Of a DNA stretch of 64,000 bases, positions 26,613 to 38,828 are shown one piece after another. Location of the stretch: contig MU008204.1 in the NCBI GenBank assembly GCA_010909165.1, positions 203,810 through 267,809 on the forward strand, in the 5' to 3' direction. Source of the stretch: Anthoceros angustus. Its lineage: Eukaryota > Plantae > Anthocerotophyta. How positions within the stretch are numbered: the stretch's first letter is position 1; every line of letters begins with the position of its first letter. Position numbers and translations under genes: made by a program. The notes beneath the pieces are model-generated. The model had not been told where the DNA came from. It searched no databases and saw only the letters and a list, made by a program, of their open reading frames with translations.

Positions 26613-28501
26613 TCATTGTGCAATCTTCTCCTTTTCTTTTTCCTTCTCCTTCTCGGCCTTAGCTCTTAGTTGCTGCTCGACCGAAAAGGCGTCGGATTTG
26701 AGATCAAACATCCTTTCCAAGGCATGCATGTTCTCCAGGGTTTCACTCACTGTTCTGGCATCGCTACCATCGCTTCGCAGATGCTGCATCGGTCCGTGCA
26801 GCAACTTGTTGACGATGCCTCTGCTCAGCTCCTCCACCAGCTTGCGGTGTTTCTTGGGGATGTCCTCACCGAGCTTTCCCAAGCACTTCTCCAGCTCCGC
26901 AGTTCGGATAGTCTCTGCATAAGCCCTGAGCTTCTTGATGGTGGGCACGGTCTCCAGGGAATCCCTCCAGGCCTCAAAGCTTCTGAGCTCATCGTCGATG
27001 ATGACTTGAGCTTCCAGAGCTTTCCTCTTCCTCTCCTCCTTGTTAGCTGCCACCACCTCCTTCAAGTCATCCACATTGTACACCCTGGCAGACTCCACTT
27101 CAGCCACGCAAGCACCCACATTCCTGGGCACCGAAATGTCGATGAAGTGCCTGATGCCTCCCGCCTCCGCCGCAGGGGCAACCAAACCCGCAGCATGCTC
27201 TTTCAAAAACAACGGGGTGTCCGAGGCAGTGCTGGTGAAAACCACGTCCGCCTCCCCAGCACATCGGAGCAGTTCAGGCAGCGGCTGGTACAGAATCTCG
27301 GCAGCAGGAAACTCCGCCTGCAACTCCAACACCCGCGCCTCCGACCTGTTCACCACCACCATCCTACTACACCCCTTGGAGATGAGATGCTTCACCAGAA
27401 GCTTAGACATCTTCCCCGCCCCGACAATCATCACTCTAGCCACCTGGAACCCCGCCGGGGGCAGCTTCATCACGGCAAGCTCCACGGCCGCCGAGCTCAC
27501 AGACACCGCCCCCGCGGCAATGCTGGTCTCGCATCGCACCCGCTTCCCCGCCGTGATGGCCTGCTTGAACAGCCCACTCAAATTCCTCCCAAATCCCACC
27601 GCTCCCTGCCCCACTTTATACACCTGCTTCACCTGCGACAGAATCTGCCCCTCCCCCAGCACCAGCGAATCCAGCCCGGACGACACCCTGAACAAATGCT
27701 GCGTCGCGTCCCGGTCCCGAAGGATGAACAGGTGCTCCAACAACTCCCCGGCTGGAATGCCACTGGTCTGCAGCCAAGCACATCTCACACATTCAGAACC
27801 ACACCACCAAACAAACTTAACTTCCTCACCCCTCTCAAACCCTTCTCCCAATCCGGCAACGGCCACGCACCTTGGACATCCAGTCAGTCACCTCCTTCAC
27901 TCCCCTGTGCCACGACAGCGCCACCACATAAATCTCCATCCGGTTACAGGTACTGAGCACCGCAGCCTCCTCGATATGGTTCTGCTCGCAGAGCTCGGTG
28001 ATGGCCCGCGGCCACTCCGCCTCGGGAACCGCCAGCTTCTCCCGCATTTCCACAGGGGCCGTGTGCACGCTCAGCCCGATCACCAAAATGCTGCTCTTGG
28101 CACTCGTGTACCCTGCACAACAACAACGCACACAGCATTCATTGTCACTCACTCATCCAACACCGCATCAAACCCGCATTCCCCAATTAGGTCTCACCCT
28201 GGCACCAATCCATCCATCCTACATTGCCAAGACAAAGGCACACCAGAAATCACTCACGGTCGGCTCCCGCATTCCGCAGCTGCTCCAACGCGGCGAGGCT
28301 GGCCGCCTTGACGCGATGGCTGGACGGCAGAGCGGAGAAATTCACCTCCCCCGCGGCGGCCCTGGCCTCCAGCCGGCCCTGGGCCGCCTGCTGCAGCTGG
28401 CGCGGCAACGCGAGCTCGGATCCGGCCAACACTTTGGCGGCTCTCGGCAGGCTCCCCTGCTTGCACAGCAGGTGCGAGGCGGCGGGCTTGGCGAGCGCCA
28501 T
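26613..28501 (-). CDS. HEMA: Glutamyl-tRNA reductase, 3 exons
   Basis: [57 protein letters not shown]; N-terminal transit peptide. Confidence 0.98.
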
Positions 28502-29141
28502 GGCGGTCCTGCTCCTGTTACGATCCTCCCCGTTCCCGGCAGCGGCAGCAGCAGCGTGGAGGAGCGTGGAGATCTCGCCGCAGGCGCTCGTCGACGCAGC
28601 AGTGCGTGGAAGCGGGGCGTCGATGGGCAGAGACAGCCCGGGCGCACACCCAGGCTTGTGGTGCTCACAGGCCCAGGCGCCATAGCTCGCTCCCCATTGG
28701 CGCTTTTCTGCTTCGCTTTATCCTCACAGTCCATTTTCTCACTTCCGGTCTCACACGCAGCCAGCAGCATCGCGGGCCACCGCGTATCACATATTCGCCC
28801 TCTCATGACCCACATCAATATCTCCATGTCCGGCCAACCCACATCCAATCCCCGGCCTCCCACCGGATATGCTGCCTCGCTTCTCCACGAGGGCGGTTTC
28901 TTCCATATCCTACAAACTGCATGCCACATATGTACATGCATCTTCCACCTCGAGGACATGATGTCATATCTGCCTCTGGGATTGGAGCATGGCAAGACAT
29001 GGTTGCTCTTCTTCTCGACGTGACATGGCTTGCATATTGTTCCATGGTGGTTGCACGTTCTCTTCACGACAAAACTGGAGCCTACACTGCCAACGGGATA
29101 ACAGCTTCGCCTAACCTACTTCCAACAAGAAGATGCTGCAG

Positions 29142-30982
29142 CTAAAGGGAGGAGGATGGCAGCAGCGCGGGGAACTCGCCGCAAACCTCGTTCAAGTAGC
29201 AGATCCGGGAGCCATGGCCGTCGTTCCACGTGATCCAGCTTCTTCTGCAGAGGTTGTCCCTGGCGGAGTATGGCAGGCAAGTGAGGCCGTCTGGAAGGAG
29301 GCTCTGAATGACGGAGGTGAGTCTGCCGTCGTTGGCATTCCGCAACCCTAGCGATGACAGTCGGCGGGTGACCTGCAGCGCTAGGTGGAGGAGGCGATCC
29401 AGCTGGTGCATGTCTCCGGGGGCGAGCTCGATGCGCCTGTTCTTGATGAAGCGGAACTTGCAGGGGGGGGAGTCGATGCAGGCCTGGTAGGTGAAGCTGC
29501 TGAAGAGGTGGTCCTTGGGCTGGGGTTTGCCCTGCTCGCACTGGTGCGACATGTAGATGAGCCCGGAGTCGATGGCCTGGGACTCGTACATTCTGTGGAT
29601 GATGTGGTAAGGCACGATCTCGATGAGCACCGAGTTCCGCCTGGAGAACATGGAGGGGTTAACGAGGTTTGCGCCGTGGATGGAGACGGTGATGTCGGCC
29701 TGCTGCACGCTCCAGAACTGCTCGCGGAAGCTCATGGTCTGGAAGTCGGCGATGCTCACATCCGCGTCCTGCCGGTGAAGCAGCTCCCGGAACCTGGCTT
29801 CCGTGCTCGGGAAGAAGACTCTCCATCCCGAGGTCCGCACCACGTAGAGTAGCAGCGGCGCTGAGTGCGACGGGGATTCCGGCGGGGGAGATAGAATCCG
29901 CGCGAGATGTCTCCTCACCGCGTCCGCCACCGGCAGGCTCCCGGGCCAGAAGCTCCTCTGCGGATCAAGCCAGGCGCCATCGCCGTGAGCTGGAAGGTGG
30001 TGCAAAAACGGGAATGGAGGATCCAGAAACCCTAACGGAACGGTACCTTGAGAAAGCCCGGGAGGACAGCAGTTTCGAAGCAGAGCGGACGCGCCTCGGA
30101 CGCGGCTGCAAAGGGAGCGTCCATCTCCACCTTCCCATCCTGCACAGACGAGCTTCCCAGCAGATCCTCCGGCTCCACATCTCGGCCTCCCAGGGGCTGC
30201 AGGACGCGGGAGAGCAGCATGGCAAGGTATGTGGGATGGAAGGCCTCCTTGTTGGCGTCCGATTTATCCCACATCGCCCGCCCTTTCTCATGGTGGTAGA
30301 ACATGAACCTGTCCACCCGCTCAGTGAGTCCTGGGAGGCTGGCGTTGTTCATGGCCAGCAGCATGTTCACCTTGCCGATGAAGTGAGCTACATTCTCCGC
30401 AGTGCTGTCCAGGTAGATGATCGACGACGCGCCCCGCCTCCACTCCACCTCGCTCCTGGACTCCAGCCATCCCGCTCCCCTGCGTGCTTCCGGGATCTTG
30501 ATTTCCGGCCGGAGCTTCACCCTTTGGCGGTACAGCCCGGAACCACAGGCAGCAGGCACCACCGACCCGCTCTTCGCGTACCGCTCCGCCTCTCTGCACC
30601 TCACCTCGTCTCCGAGCGTCAGCATGTGGCTCCCGTTGTAGCAGAGATTGTTGTACACCCAGATGCTCTGCCACTTGAAGCACAGGTTGGGGACGGAGTA
30701 GATGCTGAGCTCGGTTTCCAGCAGCTGCTGCTTCGACACAGCCGGATTTGGATCAGGCGGGAACACCGCCCCGGCAGTGGCGTCCGCTCCCTGGAGCAGC
30801 AGCGCCCGGGACGAGAGCAGCATCTCCACATTGGACAGCTTGGTAGAGAGCGAGGACGGGAGAACAGAGGAGGAAAGAGGCACCAGCGTGAGATACAGCG
30901 AGTAGAAGGACGACACCAAGGTCGCCAGCGCCAGAGTGTAGAAGAGCCGCGACGTCCGCATCCCAACCTTGCCTCCTGCCAT
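29142..30982 (-). CDS. Glycosyltransferase family 61-like type II membrane protein, paralogue 1 (2 exons)
   Basis: N-terminal TM; NVAHFIGK; PLCFETAVLPG; MSFREQFWSVQQADITVSIHGANLVN...VLIEIVPY. Confidence 0.8.
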
Positions 30983-31804
30983 CTCCGTCTTCTTCTTTCT
31001 TCCTCCTCCTCGTCGTCTGCTTCTTGCTCTGCAATCCACCTTGGAGTGCACCAGGGACCAGCTACGCCTGCTTCACTCCCGAACCTGCACATCGCTCAGC
31101 CTGGCTGCGAGCCCCAGCATCACATCACATTCCCGCCAATGCTCTCCACGCGAATCCTGTTCAATCACTCCCGCCGCCGCTTTCCTGCTCCTGCTGCGGA
31201 TCCCTTGCCGTCAAAAGCGAAGGCGATCGAAAAAAGCTGTCTCGTTCCCTTCCATGCCATCCACCTGCACCAATTGCTTCCAGCTACATTGCCACTCCAT
31301 CAGGCGGGACAAGGAGGGGAAATTGGCGTTGCGGATGCAACAAAACTCGGGACAGGGAAGGACAAGCCAGCAAACGACAAGGAGGCAGAGATGGTGCGAT
31401 GGACAGTGCGTGTGCGGGCTAGCTGCGGGCATGTGATAAGAATGTCCTTCCTCCCGCACGGGCCTGCGGCCGGGCCGCGGCCGGGGCCGGGCGGACAGAG
31501 CGTCCTTTGTCCCCGTGTCCCCGTGTCCCCGTTTAGACGCCGACGCTGACGCTGACGCCGTGAATATGTTATGTCAACTTTAAAGGGCCTTCATGCTAGA
31601 CCGTTCCGTTCGGAATTTCGATGCTAGGCCTGGGCCCACAACCAACCGCCCGGAAGCCCCGGCCCCGGACACGCCGCTATTGTTTATAAAGAGTAAACTA
31701 AAGACAAAATATCATTGCAGAATTATGGAAAGTCTACGTCTAACAAGCGAAACGAAACGCGCTTCTAGGTAGGAACCTTTTGGTGAAAGGCGTCCAACGG
31801 GTTC

Positions 31805-32611
31805 TCAATACTTGCGCCCAGGTCCTATGAGGGCACACGCCTCTAGAAACCTTACGGTGTCGGTCAAATCGTAAAACAAAGTGGGTTTAGCGAATGTGCT
31901 TGTGCTGGCTTGCATGAGCTCGTCCCAAGTGTGAACTCCCGTGCAAACACCGATAGGTTTTGCACCTCCATACTCGGCACCTTGGATATCATGCGGAGTG
32001 TCTCCCACATGGACACGCAATTGGAATCCGCCATTGTACAGCTCCGTGGCCCGAGCTCCTGCGATTCTCACTAATTCCCCGATGTTGCTTGCCTTATTGA
32101 AGGGGCTCACATCATCGCCGAATGCCCCGACGTGGGGAACGCTGAAAAACTGCTTCATCCCTAAACCCTCGGCCTTCAACCAGGCTAGATGTTTCAAATT
32201 CCCAGTTACTAATCCTAACACTACATCTTCTCGTTTTGAAAGACAGTCAAGTAGACGCACAACTCCTGGGAATATTTCCATACCTTCTTTCATTTGATAG
32301 GTGTGGGTATTTGCGAAACTCAACATTGTTTTCACCATCTCTTCCAATCCTAGTTTGGCTGTTTCTTCAGCCATGCCTATATGAGATAGAGTGGCTAGCA
32401 GTATTTGAGGATCTGTTAATCCATGGTAATTGATGGAATCAATATCAGCTTCTTTATCGTAAATTGTTTTAAATGCATAATGAAAGGCTCTTTTATATAA
32501 CAAATTGTAGAATGGACCCTCACTTCTTGACAACGTGCCATCGATATCAAATGTGATTAGTGTACGAGGGGAAGAGAAAGACATCTTGAATTGATCTAGA
32601 CTTCTGAACAA
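31805..32611 (-). CDS. HAD-superfamily hydrolase, intronless (ATG probably ~32584)
   Basis: ITFDIDGTL (DxD), GLVTGN and HVGDTPHDI motifs. Confidence 0.88.
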   Translation of the reverse strand: MFRSLDQFKMSFSSPRTLITFDIDGTLSRSEGPFYNLLYKRAFHYAFKTIYDKEADIDSINYHGLTDPQILLATLSHIGMAEETAKLGLEEMVKTMLSFANTHTYQMKEGMEIFPGVVRLLDCLSKREDVVLGLVTGNLKHLAWLKAEGLGMKQFFSVPHVGAFGDDVSPFNKASNIGELVRIAGARATELYNGGFQLRVHVGDTPHDIQGAEYGGAKPIGVCTGVHTWDELMQASTSTFAKPTLFYDLTDTVRFLEACALIGPGRKY

Positions 32612-33188
32612 TTAGACAAAAAAAGCTATTTGATTTATCACTGGTACCCCAATTTATTACAAGCATGGATTCTTTTCATTATAACACAAATTAATTTAAG
32701 TAATATTTTACACAAATTCTCAATTTTAGGAGTTTTAAATGTCCAAAGTACGTAAAACTATCTATCTCATCAATGATAATAGTTATATAGCTTCATATAA
32801 AATAAAACTAAGTCTATTTGATTATTTTATGTTAGATTCCTATATAAGATAAGATTAGATAATGAAAAAATATTAAAATTTTGATCGGATCAGCAAAGAT
32901 TAGAAAGTTTCCCAATAGGAACTTAAAAAAAGGTTTTACATTATATAAACCCTGGATTTGAGCCAGACCTCCAAGGCCACAATCTGTGATTCCAAGCACT
33001 AAACTACAACCACTTCAAACAATACAATAAGAAATCTATAAATCATATTGAGATTTGACCATTGAACTACAACCACTTCCAACCATAGATTACAAAGAAT
33101 TTATAAAGAATATTATATAGATAAAATTATATTATAAGAAATATCAATAAAGAATCACAACACAAAATATTTTGTATTATATTCTAAG

Positions 33189-33292
33189 ATTCGTGGGGGC
33201 TAGTCCCCCTGGCATGATGCCCTTCGTTGGGTTTTTCCCCCTTTGTTTTTTGGTGGATGGTTTTTCCCAATCTCTTTTTTTATAATAAAGTA
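33189..33292 (+). mobile_element. Isolated 3' end of the CRE-like family found at 61.0-62.6 kb
   Basis: attcgtgggggctagtcccc...tgcccttc...cccctttgttt...ggatgg...aataaag matches the reverse complement of ~60997-61087. Confidence 0.65.
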
Positions 33293-33924
33293 TTCTTTTC
33301 CTATTATAAGATTCACCAATCTAGACTTTGAATATTTTCCCAATGAGGGAACTAGTTTAGAGTAATACATTCTCATAAAGGGTTGAAGAAAGTATTATAT
33401 GATGGCTTTTAGATGCCATTGTTTTCTTAAGTCAACTACACACCAACATGTTCCATGAGCTTTCAGCATGCTTAACCAAAGGATGATAGACTATCCACAT
33501 ATTTAATCCATCATCCTCAATCCAAGTATGTAACTAATCCAACGTGTTTAATCCAACTTCTTAAAATAATGATGAAATATATCTTTACAACTGAATATGA
33601 AAGAACAACGTACATTGGTTTATTAGAAACCCCATCTACAAGATAAGTCCTTGGAAACTGACAATTGAAACCCGTCACAAGTGTGGAGGACTAAGTGGAG
33701 GAGGAGATTTAATTGAGATAAATATTAATATGAGGCTGGAATTTAATCAGATAGCCCTGACAACTTTAAGTAGCACTAAGCTCTTCCAAAATCACATTTT
33801 AAGAATTTGGAGGACACCTAAATGTGTCTACCCTCTCTTCCATCAAATGAGGGAGCTGTAAAATCAGCCTCAACAATGTAAAGACCAGACCACACCAGAC
33901 CAGGAGCTGCCAAGGGGAGGCACA

Positions 33925-35343
33925 ATGGTTCTTGCCCAGTTGTTGCTCAGCCCCATTGGATCTGTCCGCATTGTGGGAACCAAAAACAACTTGCTCTCCT
34001 TGGTGCTGATTGGATTTGTAGAATTCATCACCTTCGGAGTGCGCATTAATCATCCTCTTCAGGGCTACAGTTCGCATCCAGCACTGTATATCAACTGCAT
34101 CCTGTGCGGAATGGCGGTGGCATTCATGGTCTACAACTCAATTTTCTACCGCCTGGAGAGTAACCTGGAAGCTTGGCCGTGGGCGTCAGCAGGAGATGAA
34201 AGCGGCAAGAATAGTAGCACCACCGACACTCACCGCAACAACACAGGAGGCACTGAAAGTGATGGAAACAATGACAATGAGCAGATGAACAAGGAACATG
34301 TGTGCCCATTTACAGGGCACAAGGCCACAATGACTTGCCCCATCTGCCAGACCAAGGTGCACAGATCCGTGTGGCACGAGAGGGATCCCTGGCTCACACT
34401 ACGCATCGGAATCGGGCTCATCATCCTGGACGTGGATCGGCATGGCAGGGTGTCCAACGTCATGCTCGCTAGAGAACACGCCATGAAAGCCAGAAAAGTG
34501 GCCAAGAAAAATAGGCTAGTCCCCACAAGAGCAGTGCCATTCTACGCCCTAGCTCCACCTCCAGGATACAGGCACTCCCGAAACTGGCTTCTGTGGTGGC
34601 AGAAGGCTCCATTCAAGGGCCATGTCCCTTTCTCCAACGGCATGGTGCCGGAATACGCCCTGCCGTGCCAATACGATGGCCCGCCCTTAACCGACGACGA
34701 GAAGCGAGCTCTGGCTGAGGAGGAGCAGGAAGCCCGACACGCCATCGCCAACTTCCTCACGGCTGCCATTAGCGAGATGTGCATGGGATGCTATGCGCAC
34801 AACCTGTACTGGAACGTGGGGCCGAGGCTCTTCTACACCCAAGTCATACTATCCCTAACCCTAACCCTGCTCCTGCACGCCCTGGACAGATCTTACGCCA
34901 CTCTCGGCGCACGGGTGTTCCTTGACGGCATCTCCGCCTACTACGCCTTCTCCTCCATGGTCCTGGCCTTCAACTTTGTGGCGTCCACCCGCATGTTCCA
35001 GCTCTACTACAACAAGCTCCCATACAAATGGCCGCTCAAGCCGTGGGAAGGACGGATGCAATGGCTGGCCAACTTCAGCTCCAGCCACCCGGAGGCACCC
35101 CCCGGCATCCCCGAATTTCTCATCCCCGAGTCCCTCCTCGACGTCACTTTCACCGAACCCCAGCGGCGGCTCCGCATGGTGCAAAATTTCTTGTTCGGCA
35201 TCATCGCCACATACCGCCTTCCACCGGACTACGAGCCGCCGCCTAAACTTACTCCCCTGCCCTCCACCTCCTCCTCCCCGCCCCGCCGTCCTCATCCCCG
35301 GCCCTGCCGGCTTCTAGCCGGCTTCCTCAACGCCTCGGCCTAG
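33925..35343 (+). CDS. Unknown multi-pass membrane protein with a CPxxGH...CPIC putative metal-binding loop
   Basis: 472-codon intronless ORF with about four hydrophobic segments; probably continues into 35426-36055. Confidence 0.7.
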   Translation: MVLAQLLLSPIGSVRIVGTKNNLLSLVLIGFVEFITFGVRINHPLQGYSSHPALYINCILCGMAVAFMVYNSIFYRLESNLEAWPWASAGDESGKNSSTTDTHRNNTGGTESDGNNDNEQMNKEHVCPFTGHKATMTCPICQTKVHRSVWHERDPWLTLRIGIGLIILDVDRHGRVSNVMLAREHAMKARKVAKKNRLVPTRAVPFYALAPPPGYRHSRNWLLWWQKAPFKGHVPFSNGMVPEYALPCQYDGPPLTDDEKRALAEEEQEARHAIANFLTAAISEMCMGCYAHNLYWNVGPRLFYTQVILSLTLTLLLHALDRSYATLGARVFLDGISAYYAFSSMVLAFNFVASTRMFQLYYNKLPYKWPLKPWEGRMQWLANFSSSHPEAPPGIPEFLIPESLLDVTFTEPQRRLRMVQNFLFGIIATYRLPPDYEPPPKLTPLPSTSSSPPRRPHPRPCRLLAGFLNASA

Positions 35344-35425
35344 GAGCAGGGAGGCCTCCTCCGAGTCCCGCCTGAGCATCCAGTGGATCAACCCGGCGGT
35401 CATCTCCAGCTCCCGCCGCAGCTCC

Positions 35426-36055
35426 ATGGCCAGTGTGGTGGGCATGCCGCTCCAGGCCCCCATCCGCACAGGGCTCACTCCCACTCCTTCCAGGCGTCCA
35501 TCTCTAGCAGCATCCCAGGCCTCCCTTCAGCAGCGCCGCCGATCCTCCATCCTCCAGGACGTCCCGGAAGCCGCACCTCCTCCAGCACGGCGGCCATCTG
35601 CGAGCCCGCTGAGCTCCCGCAGATCATCCTCCGCCGCCGACGGCACCGAGCAGGTCCAGATCCCGCGCCGGCGATCCTCCCTCCTCCACGACGTCCCAGA
35701 ATCCGGACATCCTCCAGCACGGCGGCCATCTGTGAGCCCGTTGAGCTCCCGCAGATCCTCCGCCGCCGTAGAGGGCTCTCCTAGGCGATCTTCCTCGGCA
35801 TTGGAGCAGGCCGAGCAGATTCAGACCTCGCGCTTCGGATCCGCCTTCCTCAGCGACACGCCGGCGCGACGGCCATCTGTATCCAGCCAGGCGAGCCCCC
35901 TCACTTCCCGCAGACCCTCCGCCGCTGCAGAAGGTTCACAACAAAGGCGGCCCTCCGTGACGTCGCAACAAGCCGAGGAGATCCCGCGCCGCTCGTCGCT
36001 GCTGCGGGAGCCGGCCTTCCGCAGGCCGCCTCAAGTCGACGACGACGTCCCTTGA
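35426..36055 (+). CDS. Disordered Ser/Arg/Pro-rich ORF with repeated RRxS motifs (probable C-terminus of the upstream protein)
   Basis: Internal repeats such as RRRSS...PPARRPS.SPLSSRRSSAA; the frame is open from ~35318. Confidence 0.6.
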   Translation: MASVVGMPLQAPIRTGLTPTPSRRPSLAASQASLQQRRRSSILQDVPEAAPPPARRPSASPLSSRRSSSAADGTEQVQIPRRRSSLLHDVPESGHPPARRPSVSPLSSRRSSAAVEGSPRRSSSALEQAEQIQTSRFGSAFLSDTPARRPSVSSQASPLTSRRPSAAAEGSQQRRPSVTSQQAEEIPRRSSLLREPAFRRPPQVDDDVP

Positions 36056-36109
36056 AGTCCCTTCATCGTGAGCGCCTTTGCTCGGCTTTGAGAAACTAAT
36101 TTTTAACTT

Positions 36110-36710
36110 TTAAGTACCGATCTAATACATTGACTAATTAACTACAATGTGGGAGTTAAATTGCTTAATAGCGGTGTTCTTATTAATGTGTGTCCAAATG
36201 GCTTAGGGCAAATGGACATACATTGATAAAAACATTGTTGTTAAGCATCTGTGCTTCGGTACTTAGATGGGGTGTTTAGAGTGAGATGCCCTTGGTGCTA
36301 ATAGCTTAGGCACACCATGGTACAAGTTGTCAAAGTACCAAGTCCCAGAAATAAAAATTCGTCCTTAGTGGACTTCAAAATAAAATTCTTATGCACTTCG
36401 ATTGGTACTTAGAATGGGATGCTTAGAGAATGATGGAGTGGCTGTAAGCGCGACTGATTGCCGGTTGATGGTATTCACAAAAGTGGATGCCCTTGGTGCT
36501 AGTCACTTAGGCACACCATGGTATAAGTTGTTAAGTACCAAGTCCCAGAACGAAAATTCGTCCTCAGTGAGCTTGATAAAATTCTTATGCACTTCAATCG
36601 GTACTTGATGCTAGTAGCATAGGCATACCATGGTAAAGTACCAAGTCCCACGACGTTCATTCTTTTTTTGCGAACTTTAATAAAATTCTTCTTGCTTCTT
36701 CTTCTTCATT
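36110..36710 (+). mobile_element. Cluster of stacked partial copies of the (TTC)n-tailed element
   Basis: gatgcccttggtgcta..gcttaggcacaccatggtacaagttg..aagtaccaagtccc repeated about three times; ends taataaaattcttcttgcttcttcttc. Confidence 0.8.
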
Positions 36711-36719
36711 TAAACTAGT

Positions 36720-37845
36720 AGATGTTGGGCACTTCCACAAGAAATGTGTTCATGATGGACCCACGCTGGGAAATGGGGGCCATAAGGGAGCAGGCTAGCC
36801 ATAGAATATGTATTCTTTGTATGCAAGTTGGAACATTGTGCTTTGTGAAGCTGCCAGCAGATAAATGAGTCCTAAGAAGAGGGACTACTGGAGGACTATG
36901 TAACATGACTCCATGTGTGGGGGCTTAGACCCTCTGCAAATGCGAAAAAGGTATTGAGGGCTAGATACTTTTGGCCTATCTTGTTCAAGGACGTGTATGA
37001 GTATTGCAAATAGTGCTCCTTGTGCCAGAAATTGCTTCGTGAATCTGAAGAAGGGGTTGCTCTGTCCCATCTTTCCGGAAGGCCCTTTTGTCAAGTGGCG
37101 TCTGATTTGCATAGGACCCATCTACACTGGATGGAAACGCCTACTTTGTGGTTGCTACTAACTACAGCACCAAGTGGGTGGAAGCCCAAGTGCTCCCTGC
37201 ACTTTCTGGTGAGAATGTTGCCCACTTCCTGTTATCACCAAGCTTGTAGTAACCAGATTCGGATGCCTGCAGGAGCAAGTGTCTGACCAAGGGAAGGAGT
37301 TCTTGAATCTTATTGTAGCCAGCATGACTAGTATGTTCTCCAGACATAGCTTTGCAACCCCTTATCACCCAGTTACTAATGGTCATGGAGAGAGTTCAAA
37401 CAAGACCTTAGTAAAATTTTTAGCCAAGCTTTGTCACATGGAGCCGCTCAAATGGGATCAGTACTTGTTCGGCGCACTATGGGCTATAAGAACCAGGACC
37501 AAAGCTTACCTAGGACTCTCACCCTTCAACATGGTATACGGTGTAGAAACGAGAATACCTACACAAGTGGAGGCTGCAACGTTGGGCAAATTTGGGATAG
37601 CTGCAAGACTTGATGAAGACACCACCCGAGGAGAGGCTCGTGTAACAATGCAAACTTCATAAAGAAAGGGACTTGGCAGCGGGGAAAATGTGTAGGAAGA
37701 GAGAGCAGACCAAGCAGAGCTTTGATGAAGATATATTGGTCCTTGCGTTGGCACCAGGTGATTGGGTACTGAAGCTCAACATGCGGCGTTACCTTGAGAA
37801 AGAAGCTAGTGCCAAGCTGAAACGAAGATGACACGGACTCTGCCT
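36720..37845 (+). mobile_element. Ty3/gypsy integrase remnant
   Basis: YFWPILFKDVYEYCK*CSLCQK; TNYSTKWVEA; SDQGKEF; PYHPVTNGHGESSNKTL; SPFNMVYG. Confidence 0.9.
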
Positions 37846-37859
37846 AGTCAGGCAAGTTC

Positions 37860-38290
37860 TTAATTTGAATGTTGTGTATGAAGCCCAACGCAGAGCACCA
37901 GCAAAACCCATCCTCTTGGTGGTGTGGGAAGAGGTAGAAAAAGTCCTGTTGAACTTGGACCAGAAATCGTAACACCCAGGTACAAATAGGATCGGATCAT
38001 ATCGACCTCTTTGACCATGATAATAGGGTTTGCAATCACTCTTGTAATTCTTAGAGTTGAATCGCATGATCTTGGTCTTGCGCAAATTGACAATGAGACC
38101 CTTGTGGCTTTGCAAAAATTAGAAAGCATGTCGAGTTGTTGCTTTAAGCCATGCGGGGAATACAAAAAAAAATAATATCATCAACCTATAAAAGCATAGG
38201 AATATTCTCTAGGAACATGTAAGCGCCAAGATTAGCAGATGACACAAGCCACTCTTCAAGCTCTTCTATGTACAAAATTTGGGGACAAAG
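37860..38290 (-). mobile_element. LINE reverse transcriptase remnant (RTE/L1-type)
   Basis: MLL*VDDI (decayed YADD), LKQQLDMLSNFC, GLIVNLRKTKIMRF, YLYLGV. Confidence 0.8.
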
Positions 38291-38828
38291 GATCACTCTC
38301 ACTAACGCCAAACTAAATGGAAATCTACCGACTGAGCTATGGCTGCAACATGTGACCCAACGTTGCGGGGTAAACTCTTTGTACGTTTAAACGCGCCAGA
38401 GAAGCACAGCTGCAAGCCCTAAACCCCCATAGTCAGAGAGTGCGGCCGCGAAGCATAAAATTCAGCGGGGCCAAACGGCTATCGTTCGCTTGTCAAATGA
38501 TGTCAGGCCCCGGAAGTTCTAGCTCATCTAATGGCAGCGAGGCCGAGGAAGGCACCAAACGCGTCCTTCTGCGCTTAGGCACAGCGGGGGATTTTGGGGT
38601 TGCACCCTGGAGTTTGCCCAAGTCACGCTCCTTGCACCACAGCTGGGAGGACTTTGTAAGGCATCCGGCAGAATTGAGTAACGATTGAAGCCATAAGGAA
38701 AACTGCACTGGCGCCGGCGCATCTGGGTCGGAAACAAGAGCTCCAGTGTCAAGCGAGGTCATCACTGTGGCATCCTATCGTCCTCCCTGCCTGAGGTTAC
38801 ATTAGGCAGGGATCCTTGCAGCTCCACC

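Noticed and set aside
26670-28311. Long plus-strand ORFs (428 and 423 aa)
   Set aside because: Antisense shadows of the GC-rich HEMA gene.
30014-31549. 511-aa plus-strand ORF, and similar ORFs at 41744-43135 and 41938-42933
   Set aside because: Shadow or alternative frames of the GC-rich GT61 genes with no recognisable motifs.
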